From: an uncultured Bacilli bacterium | Lineage (GTDB): Bacteria; Bacillota_I; Bacilli_A; RF39; UBA660 | Direction of reading: 5' to 3' | DNA: 64,000 nt | Assembly (NCBI GenBank): GCA_947626095.1 | Contig: CANQQV010000005.1 | Span: forward strand, 1-64,000 | In this document: positions 28,481 through 38,705 of the stretch, one piece after another | Layout of the letters: each line of letters begins with the position of its first letter | How positions within the stretch are numbered: the stretch's first letter is position 1 | Translations under genes and position numbers: made by a program | Notes under the pieces: model-generated | What the model saw: only the letters and a program-made list of their open reading frames with translations | Databases searched by the model: none | Told to the model about the DNA's origin: nothing

Positions 28481-29195
28481 GTAACGCTTGAATTAAATCG
28501 ATACGTTCACATCTATTTGTGTTTTCGTTATATAAAAAGTTATCTCCTAAACAAGTTATAGTAGCGGCTTTCTTGCTAGTTATAAGACATTCATCATCAG
28601 TTTGGAAGCCTTCTTCGCAAACTAAAGTGTCTATTGGTTCAGATGTTTTATAGCACTTGCCTTTGTATTCAATTGTATCACTAGGACAAGTCTTGGTAAT
28701 TTTAAAATCGATGGCAATTGTTTCTTTAGTAGAATAAGCTTTTAAGGTTTCATTATAGTTTTTCCAATAAGTAAGGTAGCATGTTCCACCATCTATATAA
28801 GTTTCATTTTGCGTTGTGATAATACTGCCTGATTCTAAAACTTTAATTGTGCCTTTGGCAATATCGGATGGTATTTCACAGGCAGTCAATATATCTTTAG
28901 GGTAAGTCTCATCACTTATACATTGTTTCTTATCATTAAAATGGAAGCCTTCTTCACAAGCCTTAGCTGGCACAGCAGGAACTAATTCAACTTTAGTACA
29001 TGTTCCATCAACAAGTTTAAAGCCATCTTCACAAGTTAGAGCTGCATCTTTAGAAACCGCAATGGCACAATTATTAGCTCTAAGTTCTCCTTCTTGACAA
29101 TAATATTCACTTTTACCATTTTCTTTTTGATAGCCACATCCAGTTAAACATAAAGTTAACAAAATAACTAACAATAAGGTTATTTTCTTTTTCAT
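28473..29195 (-). CDS. Cys-rich repeat lipoprotein
   Basis: MKKKITLLLVILLTLCLTGC lipobox; repeated CxxGxxxxxxxC units (CQEGELRANNC, CEDGFKLVDGTC, CEEGFHFNDKKQC, CPSDTIEYKGKC, CEEGFQTDDEC). Confidence 0.75.
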   Translation of the reverse strand: MKKKITLLLVILLTLCLTGCGYQKENGKSEYYCQEGELRANNCAIAVSKDAALTCEDGFKLVDGTCTKVELVPAVPAKACEEGFHFNDKKQCISDETYPKDILTACEIPSDIAKGTIKVLESGSIITTQNETYIDGGTCYLTYWKNYNETLKAYSTKETIAIDFKITKTCPSDTIEYKGKCYKTSEPIDTLVCEEGFQTDDECLITSKKAATITCLGDNFLYNENTNRCERIDLIQALQK

Positions 29196-29349
29196 GTTTT
29201 CACCCCACGGATTGATATTATATGTTATATATTGAAAATATGTCAACATTTGGTTTAGAGAAATGTAAAATTTAAGACGATATTTTTCTTGTTAAATCTT
29301 TTTGTTATATAATATAGTATATTTAATTAATTGTTTGGGATGAATATAA

Positions 29350-30399
29350 ATGAAAAACAAATATAAACTAGTGATTATTGGTGCTGGTCCGGCGGGTATT
29401 AGTACAGCTTTGTACTTAAATGAACTAGGTATTAAGGACATATTAGTTGTTGAGAAATATAAGTATCCAAGGTATAAATGCTGTGCTGGGTATATTACAG
29501 ATAAAACTAAAAAGGAATATGAAAAATTAGGTCTTAGTATAGATGATTGTCATTATTCACTTATTAATGATTTTAAATTATTTTATAAGGGAAAATTAAA
29601 ACAAACGATTGTTAATAAGTTCTTATTTACTAACAGAAAAATTGATAGAGTTGAACTTGATTATGAATTTTATAAGTTATTAAAAAAGAAAAAAATTAAA
29701 ATATTAGAAAATACTTATATTAAAGATAATGATATGGAGAAAAATACTGTGTTGTTATCAGATGATAAAAAGGTTAATTATGGATACTTAGTCTTTGCTG
29801 ATGGAACTAATAGTTTTGGGAATAAATATCAAAAGGAATATAATAAACATTTAGCTATGCAAATGACGTTTCAAAGTGATAAGGAAGATGAAATACAAAT
29901 TCACTTTGGTTATTCTAAAAAAGGATACGTATGGATAAGTTCTTATCAAGGTATTACTAATGTTGGTCTTACAGATGTTTATAATAAATCAGTTAATTAT
30001 CAAGAATTATATAAAAAGATATTAGATGATAATGGATTTAATGTTGATACTAAAGAATTAAAAGGAACTTTTACGCCGATTGGAGTTAGAAAGCCTATTA
30101 TTAATGATAATATATTTTTTGTAGGGGATGCAGTTGGTGCTTGCGACCCATTAACATTATCTGGTTTGAAATATGCATTAAAGACAGGAGAATATGCTGC
30201 TTTAGCAATTAAAAATAATAGCAATAAAATATATCTTAAATATATTAAGAAATTAAGATTTAAATTTGGTTTTATGAAGATATTATTAAAAATATTTTAT
30301 CTTAAAGCTATATTGTTTTGCGTTTTTGAAATAGGCTGTCGTTTCTTTGGAAAGATTATTGAATTTGCATTTAACAATTTCTTTATTAATAAAAAGTAA
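29350..30399 (+). CDS. Geranylgeranyl-reductase-family FAD-dependent oxidoreductase
   Basis: GAGPAG, PRYKCCAG, ADG, GYVW, VGDAVGACDPLTLSGL. Confidence 0.85.
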   Translation: MKNKYKLVIIGAGPAGISTALYLNELGIKDILVVEKYKYPRYKCCAGYITDKTKKEYEKLGLSIDDCHYSLINDFKLFYKGKLKQTIVNKFLFTNRKIDRVELDYEFYKLLKKKKIKILENTYIKDNDMEKNTVLLSDDKKVNYGYLVFADGTNSFGNKYQKEYNKHLAMQMTFQSDKEDEIQIHFGYSKKGYVWISSYQGITNVGLTDVYNKSVNYQELYKKILDDNGFNVDTKELKGTFTPIGVRKPIINDNIFFVGDAVGACDPLTLSGLKYALKTGEYAALAIKNNSNKIYLKYIKKLRFKFGFMKILLKIFYLKAILFCVFEIGCRFFGKIIEFAFNNFFINKK

Positions 30400-30426
30400 A
30401 AGAAGACAAATATTTGTCTTCTTTTG
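30398..30426. terminator. Bidirectional terminator
   Basis: AAAAGAAGACAAATATTTGTCTTCTTTT palindrome between convergent genes. Confidence 0.75.
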
Positions 30427-30433
30427 TTATCTA

Positions 30434-31393
30434 TTATTTCTTTTTATGATTCTTATGGATAGTTAGAGCAAGAATAATTATTAATATAGTAAATAATACA
30501 GTCCCTACTATAATGGATATAATAATTTTTTTATTTAGTTTTATTCTATTATTTTCTGATGGTTCTTCTTTTATTGAATCTTGTGACTCGTTTTCTTTTT
30601 CTTCTTCGATTACTTTAACTTGGCGAGTTACATTTAAAATATATTCTTTTACTTCTTCATTTTCAGCTTTTACAGTAATTGTTATTTTATTTTGACCTTC
30701 TTGTAATTGATAAGTATCATTACCAGTAATAGTTGATTTTTCATCTTCGGGTATAGATGTAATAGTTAACTCTTCCACTTCGTTTGGTACTTCTATATTA
30801 TATTCTAAAGTATCTTTATTAAATTCAATTATTCCTGTGGAAAGATTTAACTCTTTTAAATAATTATTAGAAGATTTTGGCGTTTCAACTGGTTTTGGGG
30901 TAGTTTCGGTTTTATTATTAGTTGGTGTTTCTTTTTTAGGTGTTGGAACTTGATCAAGGTAAATAAAACCTACTAGAAAGCTACTCATTTCATCCATGTT
31001 TAAATAGCCACTATTAATGCCATCTTCAGTCATAGGTGATCCACCTTCAATATAATAGACAGTATCACCTTCTACTTCAACTACATATGATACATGGCCA
31101 CCCCAGCCTTCGCCATAATCCCATACCATTAAAGAATCTTTTTTAGGTTCTTTTCCTACAGAATAACCAGCTTTTTCGGCTTTACTATACCAAGTTTCAA
31201 CATAGTACCACAAAGGTAGTTCTACGCCCATTCGGTCTTTAGCTTGCTGCCATGCATACCATGTACAATTTATTATTTCACCACCAAAAATATTTTCTTC
31301 CATTTTAGGATATGGATTACTTTTAGCTGATACAAAGAAGATTGAAGTTATAAATAACAGAATAATATACAAATAATTAATTACTTTTTTCAT
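30434..31393 (-). CDS. Secreted CHAP-domain peptidoglycan hydrolase with cadherin-like beta-sandwich and C-terminal TM
   Basis: NCTWYAW and GHVSYV; KSSNNYLKEL...FNKDTLEY...YILNVTR; C-terminal hydrophobic anchor. Confidence 0.85.
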   Translation of the reverse strand: MKKVINYLYIILLFITSIFFVSAKSNPYPKMEENIFGGEIINCTWYAWQQAKDRMGVELPLWYYVETWYSKAEKAGYSVGKEPKKDSLMVWDYGEGWGGHVSYVVEVEGDTVYYIEGGSPMTEDGINSGYLNMDEMSSFLVGFIYLDQVPTPKKETPTNNKTETTPKPVETPKSSNNYLKELNLSTGIIEFNKDTLEYNIEVPNEVEELTITSIPEDEKSTITGNDTYQLQEGQNKITITVKAENEEVKEYILNVTRQVKVIEEEKENESQDSIKEEPSENNRIKLNKKIIISIIVGTVLFTILIIILALTIHKNHKKK

Positions 31394-31451
31394 AAACTAC
31401 CTCTTTTCACTTAAATTATATGTTTATTTTAAATGAAGAACAATATTAAAA

Positions 31452-32510
31452 TTATCGATGATATTTATTCATGTATTCAATAATTGTATAGTTGGGATTT
31501 GGTAATATGTTATCTTGTTCGCAACTGCCATAAAGAGCTTTTTCTAAATCCATATCCCACTGATTATTTATATCGAAATGCCAGTATTCACCTTCAAATT
31601 CAGTAAAGCTATTATTCTTTTTGACTAAATTACAAGAATTAATTAGATTGGTAGTAGGATATTTTAAAAGGTTACAAGTTATTCTTCTGATTATTAAGTA
31701 AGTTATTTCTTCGTCGGTTAATAGATGTTCTTTCTTTAATTTATTTTCAAAATAATTAAGATGAGCTATTTTATCAAATTTATCAAATTTACAACCATAG
31801 TTTAAAGCCTTACCATTACAATCACAGATAATTAAATCAATTGCTCCACCAGTATTATGAGTTGATGGTGGATTAAATGATGGGTAGGATACATAATATG
31901 GCATAATATAGGTTTCAATATGTTTAATTAATTCATCATTATTAGTAGTTTTGTTTTCTAATTTACTTTTCTCAATTAAAAGTTTTTTATTTAAGACTTC
32001 TTCATATAACTCTTTTTGACATTCATAGGTTCTATAACCATCAAAAACAATAAAACCATATTCTTCTGGTAAAAGTTTTAAATGTGTTAAAAGGCTTTCT
32101 AGAACTTGTTCTCTGACATATATTTTGGGATAAGTTCCTTTTCTTTGATCTTTAAAATAGACAGGTTCAACAAAAATTCGAGGATGAAGAGGAATAAATT
32201 CTCTTTTAGAATAATCGTATTTATTTAAAGCTACCAATGGTTCTTTTCTTATTTCAGTATTAATAATTTCTTTTTCTTGCCAGTTATCTTTTGACCTTAT
32301 TTGAATTGGTTGAAAATAATATAAATCTTTAGCAAAATAATGATAAAGTTGATTATTCTTAATTATATCCTTAATTCTAGTAAAAGTATCTGCATCTGCT
32401 TCTTTGAATAAAGTTTGTAATATTTTATCGTAATTCTTATTTATATATTCTATTTCTTCTTTTGTTTTATTAAAATTATTTAAAAGTTTTATGATGTCTT
32501 CTTCATTCAT
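31452..32510 (-). CDS. M15-family D-Ala-D-Ala dipeptidase (VanX/DdpX-like) with N-terminal extension
   Basis: FDGYR, STHNTGGAIDL, EYWHF. Confidence 0.85.
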   Translation of the reverse strand: MNEEDIIKLLNNFNKTKEEIEYINKNYDKILQTLFKEADADTFTRIKDIIKNNQLYHYFAKDLYYFQPIQIRSKDNWQEKEIINTEIRKEPLVALNKYDYSKREFIPLHPRIFVEPVYFKDQRKGTYPKIYVREQVLESLLTHLKLLPEEYGFIVFDGYRTYECQKELYEEVLNKKLLIEKSKLENKTTNNDELIKHIETYIMPYYVSYPSFNPPSTHNTGGAIDLIICDCNGKALNYGCKFDKFDKIAHLNYFENKLKKEHLLTDEEITYLIIRRITCNLLKYPTTNLINSCNLVKKNNSFTEFEGEYWHFDINNQWDMDLEKALYGSCEQDNILPNPNYTIIEYMNKYHR

Positions 32511-32670
32511 ATAGTGACCTTCTTTATTGTTTATATTATAACACAGTTCTTATAAGCTAAAGAAAAACTCGCATATATAAATGTGAGTTTTATTTACTAC
32601 ATCAGTTTTTGTATTTTTTTCACTTTCCTAAGTGGAACATACTCCTGTTCTTAATGGTAAATATGAGTTT

Positions 32671-34083
32671 TTAAAATCTAAAATAAATAAAAGGATTATA
32701 TTTGGAACTAATTAAATAAACAACACATATGAATAATAAACATAATAGAATAATATTCATTATTATTGTGTAAACGATATTATTAGAATATTTTTCTTGG
32801 AGTTTTTTAAATATTGGGAATGATAAGATAATAGCGGGGATTAAAAAGAATATAGAATTAAAATTTACCAGATTATTTGGTAATATAGTTAGCCAATCTG
32901 TTTTATGATATATAAACATAGTTCTGATAAAATATAATAACTCATTTAGATTATTGGCACGAAAAACAGTCCAACCAATCATAATAATGATAATGGTATA
33001 TAGCCAAGAAATAAATTTAGGTAATTTTTTTAATATTTTATCTAAAAATATTTTTTCACATAGTAATAATAAGCCATAAAATAACCCCCAAATAATAAAG
33101 TTCCAAGAGGCACCATGCCAAAAACCTGTTAATAACCAAACAATGAAGATATTTCTAATCCATTTTATTTTGCTTACTCTATTTCCACCTAGTGGAATAT
33201 AAATATAGTCTCTAAACCAACTTGATAGTGATATATGCCATCTTCGCCAAAACTCTGTTATTGAAGTAGATATATATGGATAATTGAAGTTTTCAAGAAA
33301 ATGAAAGCCAAAAATTTTACCAAGACCAATAGCCATATCACTATATCCAGAGAAATCAAAATATATTTGGAGTGTATAAGCTAATATACCAAGCCATATT
33401 ATCGATGTTCCATAAGCAGGTGTATGATTATTAAAAACCATATCTGCCATAATACCCATTTGATTTGCAATAATAATTTTCTTTGAAAGACCAATAATAA
33501 ATCTTTTAGTACCATTTATAATATCATCAATATTCTCCTTACGATTATCTATCTCGTCTTCAATAGTTTCATATCGAACAATCGGACCAGCAATTAATTG
33601 AGGAAATAATGACACATAAAGAGATAATGATAAAATATTTTTTTGAACTTTAATTTTTTTATTATATAAATCAATGATGTATGATAGTATTTGAAAAGTA
33701 TAAAAACTTATTCCTATAGGAAGAATTATGGATAAAATTTTAATATTAGAATTAAAAATATTATTAATATTTTCTATAAAAAAATTGGTATATTTAAAGA
33801 AAATTAGATTCCCTACTACAAGAATTATACAGATTATTAAACTTATTTTTTTAAGAAGCTTATTTTTATCTCTATCAAACTTGTCGATAAGTAAGCCAAA
33901 CACATAGACAACTATAATTGTTATAAGCATCAAGAAAATATATTTTGGTTCACCCCAAGCATAAAAAAGAATAGAGAACAAAAGTAAAATAATATTTTTT
34001 ATTTTACGAGATTCTACGATAAAATACAATGCAAGAAGAAGGGGTAAAAAGCCAAACAAAAAGGTTAAACTATTAAATAACAT
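32671..34083 (-). CDS. MBOAT O-acyltransferase (AlgI/PatA type)
   Basis: LPIGISFYTFQ, FPQLIAGPIVR, YFDFSGYSD, FWRRWHISLSSW, GFWHGASWNF. Confidence 0.93.
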   Translation of the reverse strand: MLFNSLTFLFGFLPLLLALYFIVESRKIKNIILLLFSILFYAWGEPKYIFLMLITIIVVYVFGLLIDKFDRDKNKLLKKISLIICIILVVGNLIFFKYTNFFIENINNIFNSNIKILSIILPIGISFYTFQILSYIIDLYNKKIKVQKNILSLSLYVSLFPQLIAGPIVRYETIEDEIDNRKENIDDIINGTKRFIIGLSKKIIIANQMGIMADMVFNNHTPAYGTSIIWLGILAYTLQIYFDFSGYSDMAIGLGKIFGFHFLENFNYPYISTSITEFWRRWHISLSSWFRDYIYIPLGGNRVSKIKWIRNIFIVWLLTGFWHGASWNFIIWGLFYGLLLLCEKIFLDKILKKLPKFISWLYTIIIIMIGWTVFRANNLNELLYFIRTMFIYHKTDWLTILPNNLVNFNSIFFLIPAIILSFPIFKKLQEKYSNNIVYTIIMNIILLCLLFICVVYLISSKYNPFIYFRF

Positions 34084-34084
34084 G

Positions 34085-35269
34085 TTACACCTCCATATTG
34101 AAATCATTAGATTTAAAGAAGCCATAATTTCCAATTAGTAATACAATATGGATATTATTTTCTTTAAGATATTTTGTATATTCAAACTCTTTTCCATTTT
34201 CTCTTTTATAACTACGTAAATCAACAGAATATGTTTTATTGAAATGTGAAGCTAATAATTTTAAAATTGCATTATCATAAGAATCTCCTAAAATAAGAAT
34301 ATTTGGTTTTGAATTATCGTGATTATCAATAATTATTTCTCCGAAGTCATTACCGTAATAATTAGCATATGAAATATCTGAGCTTTTTGTAGTTAAATAA
34401 TATTCTTCATTACCATAATCCGTTTCGTTTCCATTTATCATAATGGTATAATCTGGATAATTAAACTTATAAACGCAAAAACTTTCTTTATAAGAGTTTT
34501 TAACATCACTAATGGAAGCTTTGGAACCACTAAAATTATTATTAAGACATATTTCATCGACTGGTTTTAATGGATTATCATCTGTTAAAATGTTAACTAA
34601 TTCTGTATATGCTTTATACGATCCTTTATAATTCCAATGATGATCAGTTTTATAGAAATACTGAGAAAATTCAGCAAAATTATTTATCGCAAAATGATAT
34701 ATATTATTCGTATTTATATTTTTTTTGAGGTAGGAATATATATCTGTCTTTTTATTAGTAACAAAATCAATATCTGAATCTTTTTCAATATAATAAATAT
34801 AAGTATTAATATCTGTTGCTTTTAAAGTTTTGTTAATATTTTTTATTCTATTATCGATTTCTTCCTGGGCATTTTTTACATATATGCCATAATAAACTAA
34901 ATTTTTATTGCAGCCATAACTGGCTAGTGAATCATCTATCCTTATATACATTTTGTCACAGGTATTTTCAAAAATTATATTTGAAAAGATGTTTGAAGCA
35001 AAATTACGAGTTAAGTTGTACCCTTTTTTTATATTTGTACTAAATGGTAATTGATCAGAAAAAGCTAGTTCAATATTGTTTTGAAAATTTCCATTTAATA
35101 TTTCATTTAAATTAAACTGAGGTGTTTGGTAAGCTGTTCTATTTTCATAATAATTAATTTTATTAGAATTAAATACAACACATAAAAGCCCAACAATAAA
35201 TACAAAGAAAACAATTATGACAAATATAGTATCAATTTTTTGTAATTTTGTTATTTTATTGCTTTTCAT
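34085..35269 (-). CDS. DHHW-family (AlgJ/PatB-like) acetyltransferase
   Basis: N-terminal TM, ENR, KTDHHW, GDSY. Confidence 0.88.
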   Translation of the reverse strand: MKSNKITKLQKIDTIFVIIVFFVFIVGLLCVVFNSNKINYYENRTAYQTPQFNLNEILNGNFQNNIELAFSDQLPFSTNIKKGYNLTRNFASNIFSNIIFENTCDKMYIRIDDSLASYGCNKNLVYYGIYVKNAQEEIDNRIKNINKTLKATDINTYIYYIEKDSDIDFVTNKKTDIYSYLKKNINTNNIYHFAINNFAEFSQYFYKTDHHWNYKGSYKAYTELVNILTDDNPLKPVDEICLNNNFSGSKASISDVKNSYKESFCVYKFNYPDYTIMINGNETDYGNEEYYLTTKSSDISYANYYGNDFGEIIIDNHDNSKPNILILGDSYDNAILKLLASHFNKTYSVDLRSYKRENGKEFEYTKYLKENNIHIVLLIGNYGFFKSNDFNMEV

Positions 35270-35359
35270 AACTTTCACCTTTTTCTTGGCTTTTTTATAC
35301 AATTATTTAACTTAGTTTTATGGTGCTATTATATCATAAAGGGCTGTTTATATAACTAT

Positions 35360-35386
35360 AAAAAGATAGCAATTGATGCTATCTTT
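35360..35386 (-). terminator. Terminator after secA
   Basis: AAAGATAGCA...TGCTATCTTT inverted repeat. Confidence 0.7.
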
Positions 35387-35398
35387 CTAAATTATTAA

Positions 35399-37897
35399 TT
35401 ACTTTCCACAACAATTTTTGTATTTCTTACCACTGCCACATGGACATGGATCGTTTCTTCCTACTTTGTTAGTATTTTTAATAGGAGTTCCTTTTGTCTT
35501 AAGGTGAGTATCATGAACTATTTTGTTATTTCTTTGATCTTTTCTTTCAGTATTTTGTCTTACTTCGGCTTTTAATAAGAAGATAGATATACGTGATTCA
35601 ATACTACTCATTAAATCATCGAATAATTCATAACCTTCAGTAGTATAAGCTTGTAATGGATTAATTTGACCATATCCACGAAGACCAATACCTTCTCTTA
35701 AGTGTTCCATAGCTCCAATGTGATCTATCCATGCTTCATCAATAACTCTTAAAGCAATTGCTTTTTCGAATTCATTAATAACATCTTCAGGAATAGCTTT
35801 GGTTTTTTCTTTATAGTCTTCTCTAACTTTTTCAGTTAAGTAAGCTTTAACTTCTTCAGTTTCTTTCATATCTTCAATTTCAGAAACTTCTAATTTAGTT
35901 GTTTTGATTAAGTTAGTATTTAAGTATTCAATAATTTCACTTTTATCATCATCTGTTAAGTAACCTTCTGGTTCGATATGACTATCAACTAAGTTTGCGA
36001 TATTACTATCGAATGTTGCTTGTGTTCTTTCAGAAATAGATTCTTGGTCAAGAATTTCATTTCTTCTTGAATAGATGATTTCTCTTTGTTCATTCATGAC
36101 ATTATCGTAATCAAGTAATGATTTACGAGTATCATAGTTGTTTCCTTCAACTTTCTTTTGAGCTGTTTCAATACTCTTAGTAAATGTTTTAGAACGAATT
36201 GCTTGGTCATCACTAAAGCCAACTTTAATTAACATTTCTTTAATCTTATCCGTACCAAAACGACGCATTAAGTCATCATCAAATGAGACAAAGAATTGAG
36301 ACATACCTGGATCTCCTTGACGTCCTGAACGACCACGTAATTGGTTATCAATACGACGAGATTCATGTCTTTCTGTACCAATTACACAAAGACCACCAAG
36401 TTCAACAACACCTTCACCTAATTTAATATCGGTACCACGACCAGCCATGTTAGTAGCAATAGTTATTGCACCTTTTTGACCAGCTTGAGCAATGATTTCA
36501 GCTTCTCTTTCATGATTCTTAGCATTTAAGACTTCATGTTTTAAGCCTTCTTTTTTAAGCATTGCACTTAATTTTTCGTTGTTTTCAACAGATATTGTAC
36601 CAACTAGGATTGGTTGTCCTGTTTCATGTATTTCTTTAATCTTTTTAACGATAGCAGCAAATTTACCTTTTTCAGTAGCATATACTAAGTCAGGTAAGTC
36701 TTCTCTGATTACTGGTTTGTTTGTAGGTATTTGGATAACGTACATATTGTAGATATCTCTAAATTCTTCTTCTTCAGTTTTAGCAGTACCTGTCATACCA
36801 GATAATTTATTATACATTCTAAATAAGTTTTGGAATGTAATTGTAGCCATTGTTTTAGTTTCTTCATTGATCTTAACATTTTCTTTAGCTTCTAAAGCTT
36901 GATGTAAGCCATCACTAAATTGACGACCATGCATTAAACGTCCTGTAAATTGATCAACGATAATAACTGCACCATCTTCAACAACGTAGTCAACATCGAC
37001 TTTGAAACCATAATTAGCTTTTAAAGCTTGATTTAAATGATGAACTAAAACTGCGTTATCTAAATCATATAGATTATCTAAGTGGAACATTTTTTCAATC
37101 TTTTCAACTCCACTATCAGTAAGTGAAACACTCTTAGTTTTTTCATCTACGGTATAATCTTCTTCTTTTAAACTTTTAGCAGCACGATCAGCTGATGTAT
37201 ATAAATCTTTAGAATCGAATTTACCACCAGATATAATTAATGGAGTACGAGCTTCATCGATAAGGATTGAGTCAACTTCATCAACAATACAGAAGTTTAA
37301 TGGTCTTTGAACTCTATCTTGAGCTCTAACTACCATATTATCTCTTAAGTAATCGAAACCAATTTCATTATTTGTTGAATATAAAACATCGCAGTTATAT
37401 GCTTCTCTTTTTTGTTCAGGAGACATTTCACGCATATTTAAACCAACAGTTAAACCTAGGAATCTAAAAATATTTCCCATCCATTCTGAGTCACGTTTAG
37501 CTAAGAATTCGTTAACTGTTACGATGTGAACACCTTTACCTTCTAAGGCATTTAAATATGTAGGCATTGTTTCAGTTAAAGTTTTACCTTCACCTGTTTT
37601 CATTTCAGCAATATTACCATAGTGAATTGCTAAACCACCTAATATTTGAACAAAGTATGGTTTTTCACCAATAACACGGTATGCAGCTTCTCTTACAACA
37701 GCAAAAGCTGGTACGATAATATCATCTAATGTTTTACCATTAGCTAATTCTTCTTTAAATTCATCAGTCTTAGCACGAAGTTCTTCATCGCTTAAAGCTT
37801 CCATTTCTTCGCTAAGATTATCTATTTGATTAGCTATTTTTTCAAACCTTTTTAATTCTTTATATTCTGAGTCGATTAATTTTCTAAAAAATCCCAT
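35399..37897 (-). CDS. secA: Preprotein translocase SecA
   Basis: MKTGEGKT, DEVDSILIDEARTP, C-terminal CPCGSGKKYKNCC; likely start MGFFRK. Confidence 0.98.
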   Translation of the reverse strand: MGFFRKLIDSEYKELKRFEKIANQIDNLSEEMEALSDEELRAKTDEFKEELANGKTLDDIIVPAFAVVREAAYRVIGEKPYFVQILGGLAIHYGNIAEMKTGEGKTLTETMPTYLNALEGKGVHIVTVNEFLAKRDSEWMGNIFRFLGLTVGLNMREMSPEQKREAYNCDVLYSTNNEIGFDYLRDNMVVRAQDRVQRPLNFCIVDEVDSILIDEARTPLIISGGKFDSKDLYTSADRAAKSLKEEDYTVDEKTKSVSLTDSGVEKIEKMFHLDNLYDLDNAVLVHHLNQALKANYGFKVDVDYVVEDGAVIIVDQFTGRLMHGRQFSDGLHQALEAKENVKINEETKTMATITFQNLFRMYNKLSGMTGTAKTEEEEFRDIYNMYVIQIPTNKPVIREDLPDLVYATEKGKFAAIVKKIKEIHETGQPILVGTISVENNEKLSAMLKKEGLKHEVLNAKNHEREAEIIAQAGQKGAITIATNMAGRGTDIKLGEGVVELGGLCVIGTERHESRRIDNQLRGRSGRQGDPGMSQFFVSFDDDLMRRFGTDKIKEMLIKVGFSDDQAIRSKTFTKSIETAQKKVEGNNYDTRKSLLDYDNVMNEQREIIYSRRNEILDQESISERTQATFDSNIANLVDSHIEPEGYLTDDDKSEIIEYLNTNLIKTTKLEVSEIEDMKETEEVKAYLTEKVREDYKEKTKAIPEDVINEFEKAIALRVIDEAWIDHIGAMEHLREGIGLRGYGQINPLQAYTTEGYELFDDLMSSIESRISIFLLKAEVRQNTERKDQRNNKIVHDTHLKTKGTPIKNTNKVGRNDPCPCGSGKKYKNCCGK

Positions 37898-38107
37898 GAC
37901 GCATTCCTCCACTTGTCTTATTATAACAAAAATATTAAAAGCATTAAAGCTTTCTTTTTCACGCATATAATATTTTAAGATATTTTATAACTAAATTCAA
38001 CCATTTAAAGCTTTTTTTAGCACTTTTTGGCTAATTTATCCATATCGGCGTTTATATTATTATATTATTTAAGAATTTAAAGTCAATAAAAAAAGGAGCT
38101 TAGCTCC

Positions 38108-38659
38108 TTATTTCATATTAATTATACCGTAATTACCGTCTTTTCTTTTATATAGAACAGATACACATTCTTCATCAATGTTTTTGAAAACGAAGAAATC
38201 ATGGTTAAGTAATTCTATTTGAAGCATTGCTTCTTCTTCATCCATTGGTTTCATAGATATATTTTTTCTTTTAACGATTGTACTTACATTTTCTTCAGTT
38301 TCTTCGTCATCTTCTGGTTCATAGTTAAAATTAAATTCTAAATTTTCAACGTTTTTATATTTTCTATTTAAGCGATCTTTATTCTTTCTAATTTGTCTTT
38401 CTAGTTTATTAATAACTAAGTCAACTGCTGCGTAAAAGTCTTCATTAGATTCCTCAGCTCTTAGAGTAAATCTCTTAGTTAAGGCAGTTACTTCAATTAT
38501 TTGTTCTAAACCTTTTACTTTTGCAAGAACGTTAACGTTAATCTCATCTGGTTTTTCAAAATACTTATCCATTTTAGATAGTTTATCAGTTATATAATTT
38601 TTCATAGATGGAGTAACAGTTACTTTCTCACCGCGAATATTATATTTCATATTCATCAT
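38108..38659 (-). CDS. hpf: Ribosome hibernation promoting factor (long HPF)
   Basis: MKYNIRG, YAAVDLV, KPMDEEEA, YKRKDGNYG. Confidence 0.95.
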   Translation of the reverse strand: MMNMKYNIRGEKVTVTPSMKNYITDKLSKMDKYFEKPDEINVNVLAKVKGLEQIIEVTALTKRFTLRAEESNEDFYAAVDLVINKLERQIRKNKDRLNRKYKNVENLEFNFNYEPEDDEETEENVSTIVKRKNISMKPMDEEEAMLQIELLNHDFFVFKNIDEECVSVLYKRKDGNYGIINMK

Positions 38660-38705
38660 CCTCCTAAGTCCATTATATCATCAATAAATTTATTTGGCTA
38701 TAAGA

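Noticed and set aside
31452-32510. Vancomycin-resistance cluster
   Set aside because: Only a VanX-like dipeptidase is present; no vanA/vanB ligase, vanH or vanRS.
32560-32670. Possible parS site, riboswitch or small ORF between the MBOAT and dipeptidase genes
   Set aside because: TTTCCTAAGTGGAACA has four mismatches to parS, the ORFs are under 10 codons, and no aptamer consensus is recognisable; only a terminator-like hairpin (32563-32591) is supported.
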